NCBI RefSeq assembly: GCF_023055435.1
Contig: NW_025964361.1
Location: 37,510,001-37,554,143 of the forward strand
Reading direction: 5' to 3'
Length of the DNA stretch: 44,143 nt
Source of the DNA: Haliotis rufescens
Lineage: Eukaryota
Below the pieces are notes generated by a model. The model did not search any database, was not told the origin of the DNA, and saw only the letters and a program-made list of their open reading frames with translations. A program made the position numbers and the translations under genes. Below, piece after piece: positions 25,786 to 37,500 of this stretch (its first letter is position 1; every line of letters begins with the position of its first letter).

Positions 25786-26025
25786 TTGGTTTGTTGTTTA
25801 ACGCCGCACTCAGCAATATTGCAGCTATATGACGGGTGTCTGTAAATAATCGAGTCTGGACCACACAATCCAGTGTTTGACATCATGAGCATTGATCCAC
25901 GCAATTGGGACACGATGACATGCATCAAACAAGTCAGCGAGCCTGACCACCCGATCCAGTTAGTCGCCTCTTACGACAAGCATGGGTTGCTGAAGACCAA
26001 TTCTAACCCGGAATCTTCACGGGAC
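25786..26025 (-). mobile_element. Family B, full-length
   Basis: Reverse complement starts gtcccgtgaagattccgggttagaattggtcttcagcaaccc. Confidence 0.92.
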
Positions 26026-26570
26026 GACGAAGCACGGAGGCAACGTTCAGCGCAATAATGCAACCTCAAGCCTCCCTCCCCTATTCCCCCAAGTATCAGC
26101 CAATCAGGAAACAGTATACTGCTAGCGGCCGTGGCCTATGTATTTTTCGCTTTAAGGAACATAAACGCATAACAATATTGCTTGGTTAGCCAATCATATT
26201 CGGTAGAATCACTTACAACTTATTTGTGTGTCGTTGAAAAAGCATCTGAACATTTATGATGGACGAGTCAGATTCAATACAACTGAAAAAAACATTTGGT
26301 TGTGTAAACATCACATTTAACTCAATGTATTTACTTTTTCCATGTTTACGATCACTGCTGACAAATGTCAAACTAAAAGGGACGTAAAATGTTCACACGC
26401 GAAAACCTTTCCTCAGAATATAAGTTGTTACCAAGTTTCTGTTCTCCATTTACACCAGCTGCTTGAGAGATTATGTCAGTGGCCTGACAATAAGAAGGTT
26501 CGGATTTCGTATAGTCTACCTATACTAATGTACATTGTGCAAGAAGCACCAACAATTATTTGAAGAAAAG

Positions 26571-26735
26571 TGAGTGAGTGAGTATGGTTTTACGCCGCTT
26601 TTAGCAATATTCCAGCAATATCACGGCGGGGGACTCCAGAAATGGGCTTCACACATTGGACCCATGTCGGGAATCGAACCCGGGTCTTCGGCGTGACGAG
26701 GGAACGCTTTAACCACAAGGCTACCCGACCGCCCC
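26571..26735 (-). mobile_element. SINE family A
   Basis: Reverse complement of the consensus; flanking gaagaaaag duplication. Confidence 0.93.
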
Positions 26736-27794
26736 TTAGAAGAAAAGAGTCGTATCAGTTTGAAATAAAAGAAACAATGACAAAAAAGCTCACACATGGT
26801 GTAAATCACACCATATACCGTGAAGGAAAGGTTGACAACTAACCTTAAAGGAGTAATATTTGATTTCAGCTTTCCCAGCGAACCGTTTCCGAGTATCGTG
26901 ACGGCTTGCAGGCGGCGTTAACATATCCAGAGTTATCCCCCTTCAATTACAATCAGCTCTACTCGGATCAGCTCGCTGAATTGCATTTTACAGTGCAACT
27001 AAAACGGACATAAATACATGTTGTTCCCAAATACTCTGTTCTCTTCAGTGGTTTCTTGTGATAAAAATTGGAACAAGTTTACCGGAGCTATAGCAAGATG
27101 TTTTTGTTGTAGACTGAAATCTTAAATCTTCAGTTTTCCCAAACCAATGATGCCAGACTTGAATGTGCCAGCGAAAATGTCATTTTGGGGCGTTTCCATG
27201 GTAACCATACTATCTGGGGGGAAAGCACTACTACTACATATTAATGGATCAATCTTCCCTAGCTCTGTTCCTTTGATCCACGTTAAAATCAAGGCCAACG
27301 GTCAAGGTGACAGTATTCGAATTTGTAGCTATTGTTGCTTGATATTCAATATTTTATCTAGCATCTTTCTTAACTTCCGAGTGTATTACTGAACCATGTA
27401 TTTTGTATCGTAAGAAACCTCATAGAATCTACTTTCTGAAAAAAATCATTTCAGGACTGTAAATGTTAGGACACATTTACAGTTGGCGTTTCCATGGTAA
27501 GCATGCCATGTCAATTGTATCACAGAATGTATAGATAATACTAGTATCTAACTAAATACTGCTTTTCAAGGAGGTTTACGAGTGTTCATATTATCCTGCA
27601 CCCTGTGTCATTAATACATGTGAATACACATCTTCAAGGTTAAAGATCAATGTTCTATTTCATCGATTTGTAGTTTATCTGGAAAACAATTAAATATTTT
27701 CTAACTATTTTTGGCATATTAACACAAATTTAAGACACAAATCTGAGTAGTATATTACATGTACCTGAGTAGTATATAACATGTACCAGGTAAG

Positions 27795-27978
27795 ATGCGA
27801 CTAACGGGATCGGGTGGTCAGGCTCGCTGAATTGGTTGATGCATGTCATTGATCCCATTTGCGTGGATCGATGCTCATGATACCAATCACTGGATTGTCT
27901 GGTCAAGACTCGATTACTTACAGACCGCCGTATATAGCTGGAATATTGCTGAGTGCGGCGTTAAACAACAAACAAACA
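27795..27978 (+). mobile_element. Family B, 5'-truncated
   Basis: gcgactaacgggatcgggtggtcagg...gcggcgttaaacaacaaac. Confidence 0.9.
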
Positions 27979-28301
27979 ATCATGATTTGGGGTAGGTATG
28001 TACTGATATTGATTGTAAAGTTACACAATACATCGCGCTCTTTGATGAACTTGATCACATCATGTCATTGTTAAATGAGACTTGAGTGCAGGTATCCCGT
28101 ACTGTATGAAGATAGTGTATTTCTCCTACACCTTACCGTACAACGACAACATTAGCTTTGCATGTCGTGGGGTTGCCAGAATAGTGATGAGGCATATGGA
28201 TCTATTTTAACTGAGTAAATATATGACATTAATGTTTAGTCAGTTGGAAGTACTGGAAGTACTATGATTATGTCGCGATGCAGCGGGGAACCTAGTTTGC
28301 A

Positions 28302-29983
28302 GGGTGGGTGGGGTGTTGGAGGGGGTATGGGTGGGGTGTTGGAGGGGGTATGGGTGGGGTGTTGGAGGGGGTATGGGTGGGGTGATGGAGGGGGTATGGG
28401 TGGGGTGTTGGAGGGGGTATGGGTGGGGAGGGGTATGGGTGGGGTGTTGGAGGGGGTATGGGTGGGGTGTTGGAGGGGGTATGGGTGGGGTGTTGGAGGG
28501 GTATGGGTGGGGTGTTGGAGGGGGTATGGGTGGGGTGTTGGAGGGGGTATGGGTGGGGTGTTTGAGGGGGTATGGGTGGGGTGTTGGAGGGGGTATGGGT
28601 GGGGTGTTGGAGGGGGTATGGGTGGGGTGTTGGAGGGGGTATGGGTGGGGTGTTGGAGGGGTATGGGTGGGGTGTTGGAGGGGGTATGGGTGGGGTGTTG
28701 GAGGGGGTATGGGTGGGGTGTTGGAGGGGGTATGGGTGGGGTGTTGGAGGGGTATGGGTGGGGTGTTGGAGGGGGTATGGGTGGGGTGTTGGAGGGGGTA
28801 TGGGTGGGGTGTTGGAGAGGGTATGGGTGGGGTGTGGGAGGGGGTATGGGTGGGGTGTTGGAGGGGGTATGGGTGGGGTGTGGGAGAGGGTATGGGTGGG
28901 GTGTTGGAGGGGGTATGGGTGGGGTGTTGGAGGGGGTATGGGTGGGGTGTTGGAGGGGGTATGGATAGGGTGTTGGAGAGGGTATGGGTGGGGTGTTGGA
29001 GGGGGTATAGGTGGGGTGTTGGAGGGGGTATGGGTGGGCTGTTGGAGGGGGTATGGGTGGGGTGCTGGAGGGGGTATGGGTGGGGTGTTGGAGGGGGTAT
29101 GGGTAGGGTGTTGGAGGGGGTATGGGTGGGGTGTTGGAGGGGGTTTGGGTGGGGTGTTGGAGGGGGTATGGGTGGGGTGTTGGAGGGGGTATGGGTGGGG
29201 TGTTGGAGAGGGTATGGGTGGGGTGTTGGAGGGGGTATAGGTGGGGTGTTGGAGGGGGTATGGGTGGGGTGTTGGAGGGGGTATGGGTGGGGTGTTGGAG
29301 GGGGTATTGGTGGCGTGTGGGGTGTTGGAGGGGGTATGGGTGGGGTGTTGGAGGGGGTTTGGTTGGGGTGTTGGAGAGGGTATGGGTGGGGTGTTGGAGG
29401 GGGTATGGGTGGGGTGTTGGAGGGGGTATGGGTGGGGTGTTGGAGGGGGTATGGGTGGGGTGTTGGAGAGGGTATGGGTGGGGTGTTGGAGGGGGTATGG
29501 GTGGGGTGTTGGAGGGGGTATGGGTGGGCTGTTGGAGAGGGTATGGGTGGGCTGTTGGAGGGGGTATGGGTGGGGTGTTGGAGAGGGTATGGGTGGGCTG
29601 TTGGAGGGGGTATGGGTGGGGTGTTGGAGGGGGTATGGGTGGGGTGTTGGAGAGGGTATGGGTGGGGTGTTGGAGAGGGTATGGGTGGGGTGTTGGAGGG
29701 GGTATGGGTGGGGTGTTGGAGGGGGGATGGGTGGGGTGTTGGAGGGGGTATGGGTGGGGTGTTGGAGAGGGTATGGGTGGGGTGTTGGAGGGGGTATGGG
29801 TGGGGTGTTGGAGAGGGTAGGGGTGGGGTGTTGGAGGGGGTATGGGTGGGGTGTTGGAGGGGGTATGGGTGGGGTGTTGGAGGGGGTATGGGTAGGGTGT
29901 TGGAGGGGGTATGGGTGGGGTGTTGGAGAGGGTATGGGTGGGGTGTTGGAGGGGGTATGGGTGGTGTGTTGGAGGGGGTATGG
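28302..29983. repeat. 23-bp G-rich minisatellite, about 73 copies
   Basis: Unit gggtggggtgttggagggggtat. Confidence 0.98.
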
Positions 29984-30269
29984 CGGTTGCGGGCGGAGAA
30001 GATGGTCGAGGTATTGTTGTAACTGGCTTTGAGGTTTGACAGACAAGACAGAATGGACAACTGGTGGCGACCGAGCTTCGACTCTATCTCAAGACCGCAT
30101 GCCCGCACTACGCACTTAACCATGCGGTTGCGTTATCAAGGCGTTCAAGTCTGGCTTGCCTGTCACGTGCTCTGAGATGATTTTGGATCACATGTTTTTG
30201 TTGTGATCGAATGAGTCATGACCGGTCAGCGACTGGGGCCTATCATCAAACGATTCCCTTATCTCTTGA

Positions 30270-30415
30270 GGGGGCGCTGGGTTAGCCTAGTGGTTAAAGC
30301 GTTCGCTCGTCACGCCGAAGACCCGGGTTCGATTCCCGACATAGGTACAATGTGTGAAGACCTTTTCTGGTGTCCTCCGCCGTGATATTGCTGGAATATT
30401 GCTAAAAGCGGCGTA
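30270..30415 (+). mobile_element. SINE family A, tail clipped
   Basis: Colinear with the consensus. Confidence 0.9.
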
Positions 30416-30585
30416 CCAAGCGTACCAAGCTGATGTTTCTACACGTGGTCTTAGAAACACATCGTCCATATTTGTAGTAATATTGTTATAAGAACCATGC
30501 TTAATATAAACAGAAAAGGATACACTTGTATAAGTATAAATTGGATTAAAAAATGACAACCCTTACTTGGCTGAAAACATTTTAA

Positions 30586-30842
30586 GACCCCGTGGGTACC
30601 CTGGGTAGACTGTGTCCCCAGCACCTCTTTGCTGGTCGCAAAAGGCAACAGAATTGGACTACCCGTGAAGATCCGGGTATCTTCAGCAACCCATGCTTGT
30701 CGTAAGAGGCGACTGAGGCTCGCTGACTTGGTCGACGCAGGTCATCGTATTCTAGTTGAATAGATGGATGCTCATATTTACACACCGCCATCATTATAGT
30801 TAGAATATTGTTGAGTGCGGCGTTAAACAAAAAACAAACAAA
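30586..30842 (+). mobile_element. Family B, rearranged copy with two tandem heads
   Basis: Divergent head at 30586-30650, then acccgtgaagatccggg at 30661, a deleted body and a normal tail. Confidence 0.75.
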
Positions 30843-31299
30843 GAAAACCTGTTGTGAGATTTATTGATATGATGCGTGTAATATCGCCTATGATACCCGC
30901 ATCAAATACATCGCCATCAAGTAACCATTTCTTATTTGGTTCATTTTTAGCCACCGCCAAAGATGGATGTATACTTTCTTTTGACCGGCAGTTTATATAC
31001 ATACATGTGTTGCTAGGTGTTCAACACATTCATCAACATATCTGTCAACAGTAGACGTATCGTTTAATATAAATGCGTTTTCGAAGTTGAATTTAAAGGG
31101 GATTATGCTCTACTGTACATTTCTGCCCAGTTCAAAACATGTTAAATAATATTATGTTAGAAAATGAAACCTTTTAGTATATCAGTAGAGCATGATTATT
31201 TGGGTTAACCATTAAGTCGTACTGCCCTCAATAGCAAACCACTACTGCATAAATAGCAACTGACCAAAATAACCAGGGCTTTACAATAAACTGGTGTAC

Positions 31300-32104
31300 A
31301 AACCTGTGATGTGTGTCTCAATGAACTCGTGTTTTTTGTCACAATGAACCTGTGCTGCGTGTCACAATGAACCTTTGCTTCGTGTCACAATGAACCTGTG
31401 CTGTGTGTCACAATGAACCTGTGCTGCGTGTCACAATGAACCTTTGCTTCGTGTCACAATAAACCTGTGCTGTGTGTCACAATGAACCTGTGCTGTGTGT
31501 CACAATGAACCTGTGCTGTGTGTCACAATGAACCTGTGCTGGATGTCACAATGAACCTGTGCTGTGTGTCACAATGAACCTGTGCTGTGTGTCACAATGA
31601 ACCTGTGCTGTGTGTCGCAATGAACCTGTGCTGTGTCTCAATGAATTCGTATTTTTGTCACAATAAACCCACGCTGTGTGTCACAATGAACCTGTGCTGT
31701 GTGTCGCAATGAACCTGTGCTGTGTGTCACAATGAACCTGTGCTGTATGTCACAATGAACCTGTGCTGTGTGTCACAATGAACCCGTGCTGTGTGTCACA
31801 ATGAACCTGTGCTGCATGTCACAATGAACCTGTGCTGTGTGTCACATTGAATCTCTGCTGGATGTCACAATGAACCTGTGCTGTGTGTCACAATGAACCT
31901 GTGCTGCGTGTCACAATGAACCTGTGATGCGTGTTACAATGAACCTGTGCTGTGTGTCCCAATGAACCTCTGCTGTGTGTCCCAATGAACCTGTGCCGTG
32001 TGTCACAATGAACCTGTGCTGTGTGTCACAATGAACCTGTGTTGTGTGTCACAATGAACCTGTGCTGTGTGACACAATGAACCTGTGCTGTGTGAACAAT
32101 GAAC
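31300..32104. repeat. 23-bp minisatellite, about 35 copies
   Basis: Unit tgtcacaatgaacctgtgctgtg. Confidence 0.97.
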
Positions 32105-32249
32105 GCAATTGGGATCGATGACATGCATCAACCAAGTCAGCCAGCCTGACCACCCGATCTCGTTAGTCACCTTTTACGACAAGCATAGTCACCTTTTACG
32201 GCAAGCATGAGTTGCTGAAGACCTATGCTACTTCGGATCCTTACGGGTC
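32104..32249 (-). mobile_element. Family B, 5' half abutting the minisatellite
   Basis: Reverse complement starts gacccgtaaggatccg. Confidence 0.85.
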
Positions 32250-32634
32250 CTAAATGGCGAAAGAAAACAGTTGTAGTAGCGGACATGGAAAAGCCATTTA
32301 CATATTTTACATTCATCACCAGAAGGATTAAACTAACCAGTGTAATATATGCAATTCACGTTTTACAAACTCAGAAGGCGTTCGGCAAATCATGGGGAGA
32401 TGATAGAAAAATATTTTCCTTTCAAGCCTGCACGGCCGCAACATTGTATGTGGACGTCCAGAGTGGCCATTGATTATATTTGTTTGAGGAAGTTCAAATA
32501 TTGTCTTTTGTTGCTATGAGTGCGAAAGTACAGTGGTCGTTTCGAGGCAGACTTGATAATTTTGCATACCAAGACGCACTGGTGTCAAATGCACGATTAA
32601 AGTTTGAGACAGTTACAGTGGTGATTGGACAAGT

Positions 32635-32781
32635 ATGAGTCATTTAACACCGAGTGAGCGAGAGAGTTATACAAAGTTCTTTCTTGGTGTCGATGCTAAT
32701 GGGGACGGCTACCTCAACAAAATAGAATTCAAATGTCTCTGTGAAAAGCTTGGATTTCGACTTAAACCCTCAAAGCTAATA
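32635..32781 (+). CDS. EF-hand gene 3 (calmodulin-like, 153 aa), coding exon 1
   Basis: MSHLTPSERESYTKFFLGVDANGDGYLNKIEFKCLCEKLGFRLKPSKLI; 49 codons, the same as gene 2; phase-0 donor ATA|GTGAGT; absent from the ORF track. Confidence 0.9.
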
Positions 32782-33086
32782 GTGAGTATTTAACGGGTAT
32801 TTCTTTCGCATTACCTTGTTATATGTGCATCACAGTAAAGTTTAAGCACAGCAATAAAGCAATAGATATATATATAATTAAATACATCTCATGTACAATA
32901 TCATTCCTTTTGTGTTGTAAATTACGTTGGGAAACTGTTTTCACTCGTATATGACGATCGTTTCTCAGTTTCCTTCGAGTTCGAATGGTGAATACAGTGG
33001 CATAAAACACCATTCAGCTACCGTATATGCGAGTTAGCAGTTTGTGCAAAAATATAACATCAGAACTATCTACCGTTATGTTGTAG

Positions 33087-33181
33087 GAGATGTTTCACGG
33101 TGTGGATACAGACAATAACGATAAAATAACGCTGGATGAATTTCTCGCAACCATGCCTGGGATATCACCGGTCGATAGAGA
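33087..33181 (+). CDS. EF-hand gene 3, coding exon 2 (95 nt)
   Basis: Acceptor ttgtag; EMFHGVDTDNNDKITLDEFLATMPGISPVDR; phase-2 donor GA|GTAAGT. Confidence 0.92.
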
Positions 33182-33835
33182 GTAAGTTTGCGTACACCTG
33201 ACCTCACACAGCTTGTCTCAGATATGAAAATATTTTACAAAAAAATCGGGAAATTAGATAAAAGGAGGAAAGTGAACTAGACTTGCCAACTATTATAGAC
33301 TGTATCAGGGCCTGTTTGACAGACTACTGATTTAACTTTGGCACAAAGCCTGCTTACTGTTAGGATATATAACAACTCACTGGATATTTCCCTCTCAAAA
33401 GTAAAGTCGACCAATATATATACATGTATATTACTTTTGAGAGGGAAAATCTAGTGAGTTGTTCCCCATAGATGTAGCTGGGCTACGCGGATAAATGCAG
33501 TGGCCGAACGATCGCATCCAAAAGTGGGATCTGTGACAATCGATACTTGGAGAAAAGGTACAGATAATCGTCTTTAGGATTGCGAGAATATGTGGGAAAT
33601 ACCAAACTTTCCCCGCCTGTTCATAAAATAGACTTGTCCGACACTGCCGAGGTCGGATTCTATTCAAGGCGTCATCATTATTAAATACGGGTAAATATTT
33701 TTAAAGCTTGCACATTTTATGAACGTCCTTGAAGAGGCAGTACATAATGGTGATATATGCGTCCCTCATGGTTTATTCTCACTGCAGTGTTTTATTTTAC
33801 GATAAACAACTCCCATTCGTCGTTTATTTCTTCAA

Positions 33836-34259
33836 AATAGTCGAATTCCGGGTTGTCTCGAACTCACCTTCCGGTCCATGCCAATTACTTCTATATTTGT
33901 CGTCATTTATGCTGGGATCTGACGAACAGGATGTGTCCAATTCCCGGTTATCTCGAACTCATTTGGGAGTCCCATGTAACAAAATGTAGCATTAAAGTTG
34001 AATACTTACACACATCGGCAGCAAGTTACAGGAGTGTTGCCACGTGACTGTCGTTGACACGCGCAAATTGAGAAATGAGTAAAACGATTATTGACGTTGG
34101 AACGTTGTATGAAACCGAAGATGACTAGATTACATGTAATAATCTCTCATAACAGAATGTTTGTTTTGCGGAAATTCACTTTGTTGCTTGTCTCGAACCC
34201 CGGATATCTCGAACGTTTTCCAGGTCCCCACGAATTCGACACAACAAGGTCCGACTGTA
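33836..34259. mobile_element. Tc1/mariner (pogo-like) MITE
   Basis: Imperfect TIRs tagtcgaattccggttgtctcgaactc / gaattcgacacaacaaggtccgactgta, with internal tatctcgaac subterminal repeats; right end CTG-TA. Confidence 0.65.
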
Positions 34260-34575
34260 TACATATATCATGTTCATTTGCTTATGATGTTGGTCCCTCG
34301 TAAGAACTGGTCTCCAGAGGTGACTGAATAGATCGGGTGATCCTGATGACGTTTATCATTGCTCATAATATCAATCACTGGATCGATTATATACAGACCG
34401 CCGTCATATAGCTGGAATATTGCTGAGTGAGGAGTTAAACATCTAACAAACACAGCATGGTATTCGATTACCTCTTATTTCTGAGTTTTGCTGTAATAAT
34501 GCTCTTAAAATAAAAAGAAACAGGAAGGTGGTTACAATAATTTCAAAAGCAAATATCATTTTGAAATGTGATGGT

Positions 34576-37500
34576 ACTGTGCTTGATAAAGGTGTTGAAT
34601 CTACACTGTGCTTGATAAAGGTGTTGAAACTACACTGTGCTTGATAAAGGTGTTGAATCTACACTGTGCTTGATAAAGGTGTTGAATCTACACTGTGCTT
34701 GATCAAGGTGTTGAATCTACACTGTGCTTGATCAAGGTGTTGAATCTACACTGTGCTTGATAAAGGTGTTGAATCTACACTGTGCTTGATAAAGGGGTTT
34801 AAACTACACTGTGCTTGATAAAGGTGTTGAATCTACACTGTGCTTGATCAAGGTGTTGAAACTACACTGTGCTTGATAAAGGTGTTGAAACTGCACTGTG
34901 TTTGATAAAGGTGTTGAATCTTCACTGTTATTGATAAAGGTGTTGACTCTACACTGTGATTGATAAAGGTGTTGAATCTACACTGTGCTTGATAAAGGTG
35001 TTGAATCTAAACTGTGCTTGATCAAGGTGTTGAAACTACACTGTGCTTGATAAAGGTGTTGAATCTACACTGTTATTGATAAAGGTGTTGACTCTACACT
35101 GTGCTTGATAAAGGTGTTGAATCTACACTGTGCTTGATAAAGGGGTTGAAACTGCACTGTGTTTGATAAAGGTGTTGAATCTACACTGTGTATTGATAAA
35201 GGTGTTGAATCTACAATGTGCTTGATAAAGGTGTTGAAACTGCACTGTGTTTAAACGGTGTTGAATCTACACTGTTATTGATAAAGGTGTTGAATCTACA
35301 CTGTGCTTGATAAAGGTGTTGAATCTACACTGTGTTTGATAAAGGTGTTGAAACTGCACTGTGTTTGATAAAGGTGTTGAAACTACACTGTGCTTGATAA
35401 AGGTGTTGAAACTACACTGTGCTTGATAAAGGTGTTGAATCTACACTGTGCTTGATAAAGGTGTTGACTCTACACTGTGTTTGATAAAGGTGTTGATTCT
35501 ACACTGTGTTTGATAAAGGTGTTGAATCTACACTGTGCTTGATAAAGGGGTTGAAACTACACTGTGCTTGATAAAGGGGTTGAAACTACACTGTGCTTGA
35601 TAAAGGTGTTGAATCTACACTGTGCTTGATCAAGGTGTTGAAACTACACTGTGCTTGATAAAGGTGTTGAAACTACACTGTGCTTGATCAAGGTGTTGAA
35701 TCTACACTGTGCTTGATAAAGGTGTTGAATCTACACTGTGCTTGATAAAGGTGTTGAATCTACACTGTGCTTGATAAAGGTGTTGAATCTACACTGTTAT
35801 TGATAAAGGTGTTGACTCTACACTGTGTTTGATAAAGGTGTTGATTCTACACTGTGCTTGATAAAGGTGTTGAATCTACACTGTTATTGATAAAGGTGTT
35901 GAATCTACACTGTGCTTGATAAAGGGGTTGAAACTGCACTGTGTTTGATAAAGGTGTTGAATCTACACTGTTATTGATAAAGGGTGTTGACTCTACACTG
36001 TGTTTGATAAAGGTGTTGAATCTACACTCTGCTTGATAAAGGTGTTGAATCTACACTGTGCTTGATAAAGGGGTTGAAACTGCACTGTGTTTGATAAAGG
36101 GGTTGAATCTACACTGTTATTGATAAAGGTGTTGACTCTACACTGTGTTTGATAAAGGTGTTGAATCTACACTGTGCTTGATAAAGGTGTTGAATCTACA
36201 CTGTGCTTGATAAAGGTGTTGAAACTGCACTGTGTTTGATAAAGGTGTTGAATCTACACTGTTATTGATAAAGGGTGTTGACTCTACACTGTGTTTGATA
36301 AAGGTGTTGAATCTACACTGTGCTTGATAAAGGGGTTGAAACTGCACTGTGTTTGATAAAGGTGTTGAATCTACACTGTGCTTGATAAAGGGGTTGAAAC
36401 TGAACTGTGCTTGATAAAAGTGTTGAATCTACACTGTTATTGATAAAGGTGTTGATTCTACACTGTTATTGATAAAGGTGTTGAAACTACACTGTGCTTG
36501 ATAAAGGGGTTGAAACTGCACTGTGTTTGATAAAGGTGTTGAAACTACACTGTGCTTGATAAAGGTGTTGAAACTACACTGTGCTTGATAAAAGTGTTGA
36601 ATCTACACTGTTATTGATAAAGGTGTTGATTCTACACTGTGCTTGATAAAGGTGTTGATTCTACACTGTGCTTGATAAAGGGGTTGAAACTGCACTGTGT
36701 TTGATAAAGGTGTTGAAACTACACTGTGTTTGATAAAGGTGTTGAAACTACACTGTGCTTGATAAAGGTGTTGAAACTACACTGTGTTTGATAAAGGGGT
36801 TGAAACTACACTGTGTTTGATAAAGGTGTTGATTCTACACTGTGCTTGATCAAGGTGTTGAAACTACACTGTGTTTGATAAAGGTGTTGAAACTACACTG
36901 TGTTTGATAAAGGTGTTGATTCTACACTGTGCTTGATAAAGGTGTTGATTCTACACTGTGCTTGATAAAGGTGTTGAATCTACACTGTGCTTGATAAAGG
37001 TGTTGAATCTACACTGTGTTTGATAAAGGTGTTGATTCTACACTGTGTTTGATAAAGGTGTTGACTCTACACTGTGCTTGATAAAGGTGTTGAATCTACA
37101 CTGTGCTTGATAAAGGTGTTGAATCTACACTGTGTTTGATAAAGGTGTTGATTCTACACTGTGTTCGATAAAGGTGTTGACTCTACACTGTGCTTGATAA
37201 AGGTGTTGAATCTACACTGTGCTTGATAAAGGGGTTGAAACTGCACTGTGTTTGATAAAGGTGTTGAATCTACACTGTGCTTGATAAAGGGGTTGAAACT
37301 GAACTGTGCTTGATAAAAGTGTTGAATCTACACTGTTATTGATAAAGGTGTTGATTCTACACTGTTATTGATAAAGGTGTTGAAACTACACTGTGCTTGA
37401 TAAAGGGGTTGAAACTGCACTGTGTTTGATAAAGGTGTTGAAACTACACTGTGCTTGATAAAGGTGTTGAAACTACACTGTGCTTGATAAAAGTGTTGAA

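Noticed and set aside
26845-27700. Possible TTAA-flanked DNA transposon with gtttccatggtaa motifs
   Set aside because: I could not identify a matching second terminus
28240-30123. 627-aa Pro/Thr/His-rich ORF and overlapping Gly/Trp-rich ORFs (extensin- or shell-protein-like appearance)
   Set aside because: All are translations of a 23-bp stop-poor tandem repeat and cycle through the same peptide in every frame. The unit length is not a multiple of three, and units with indels are tolerated.
30055-30123. THAP-like start MVKCVVRAC on the minus strand
   Set aside because: The downstream THAP residues (FP, W, CxxHF) are absent
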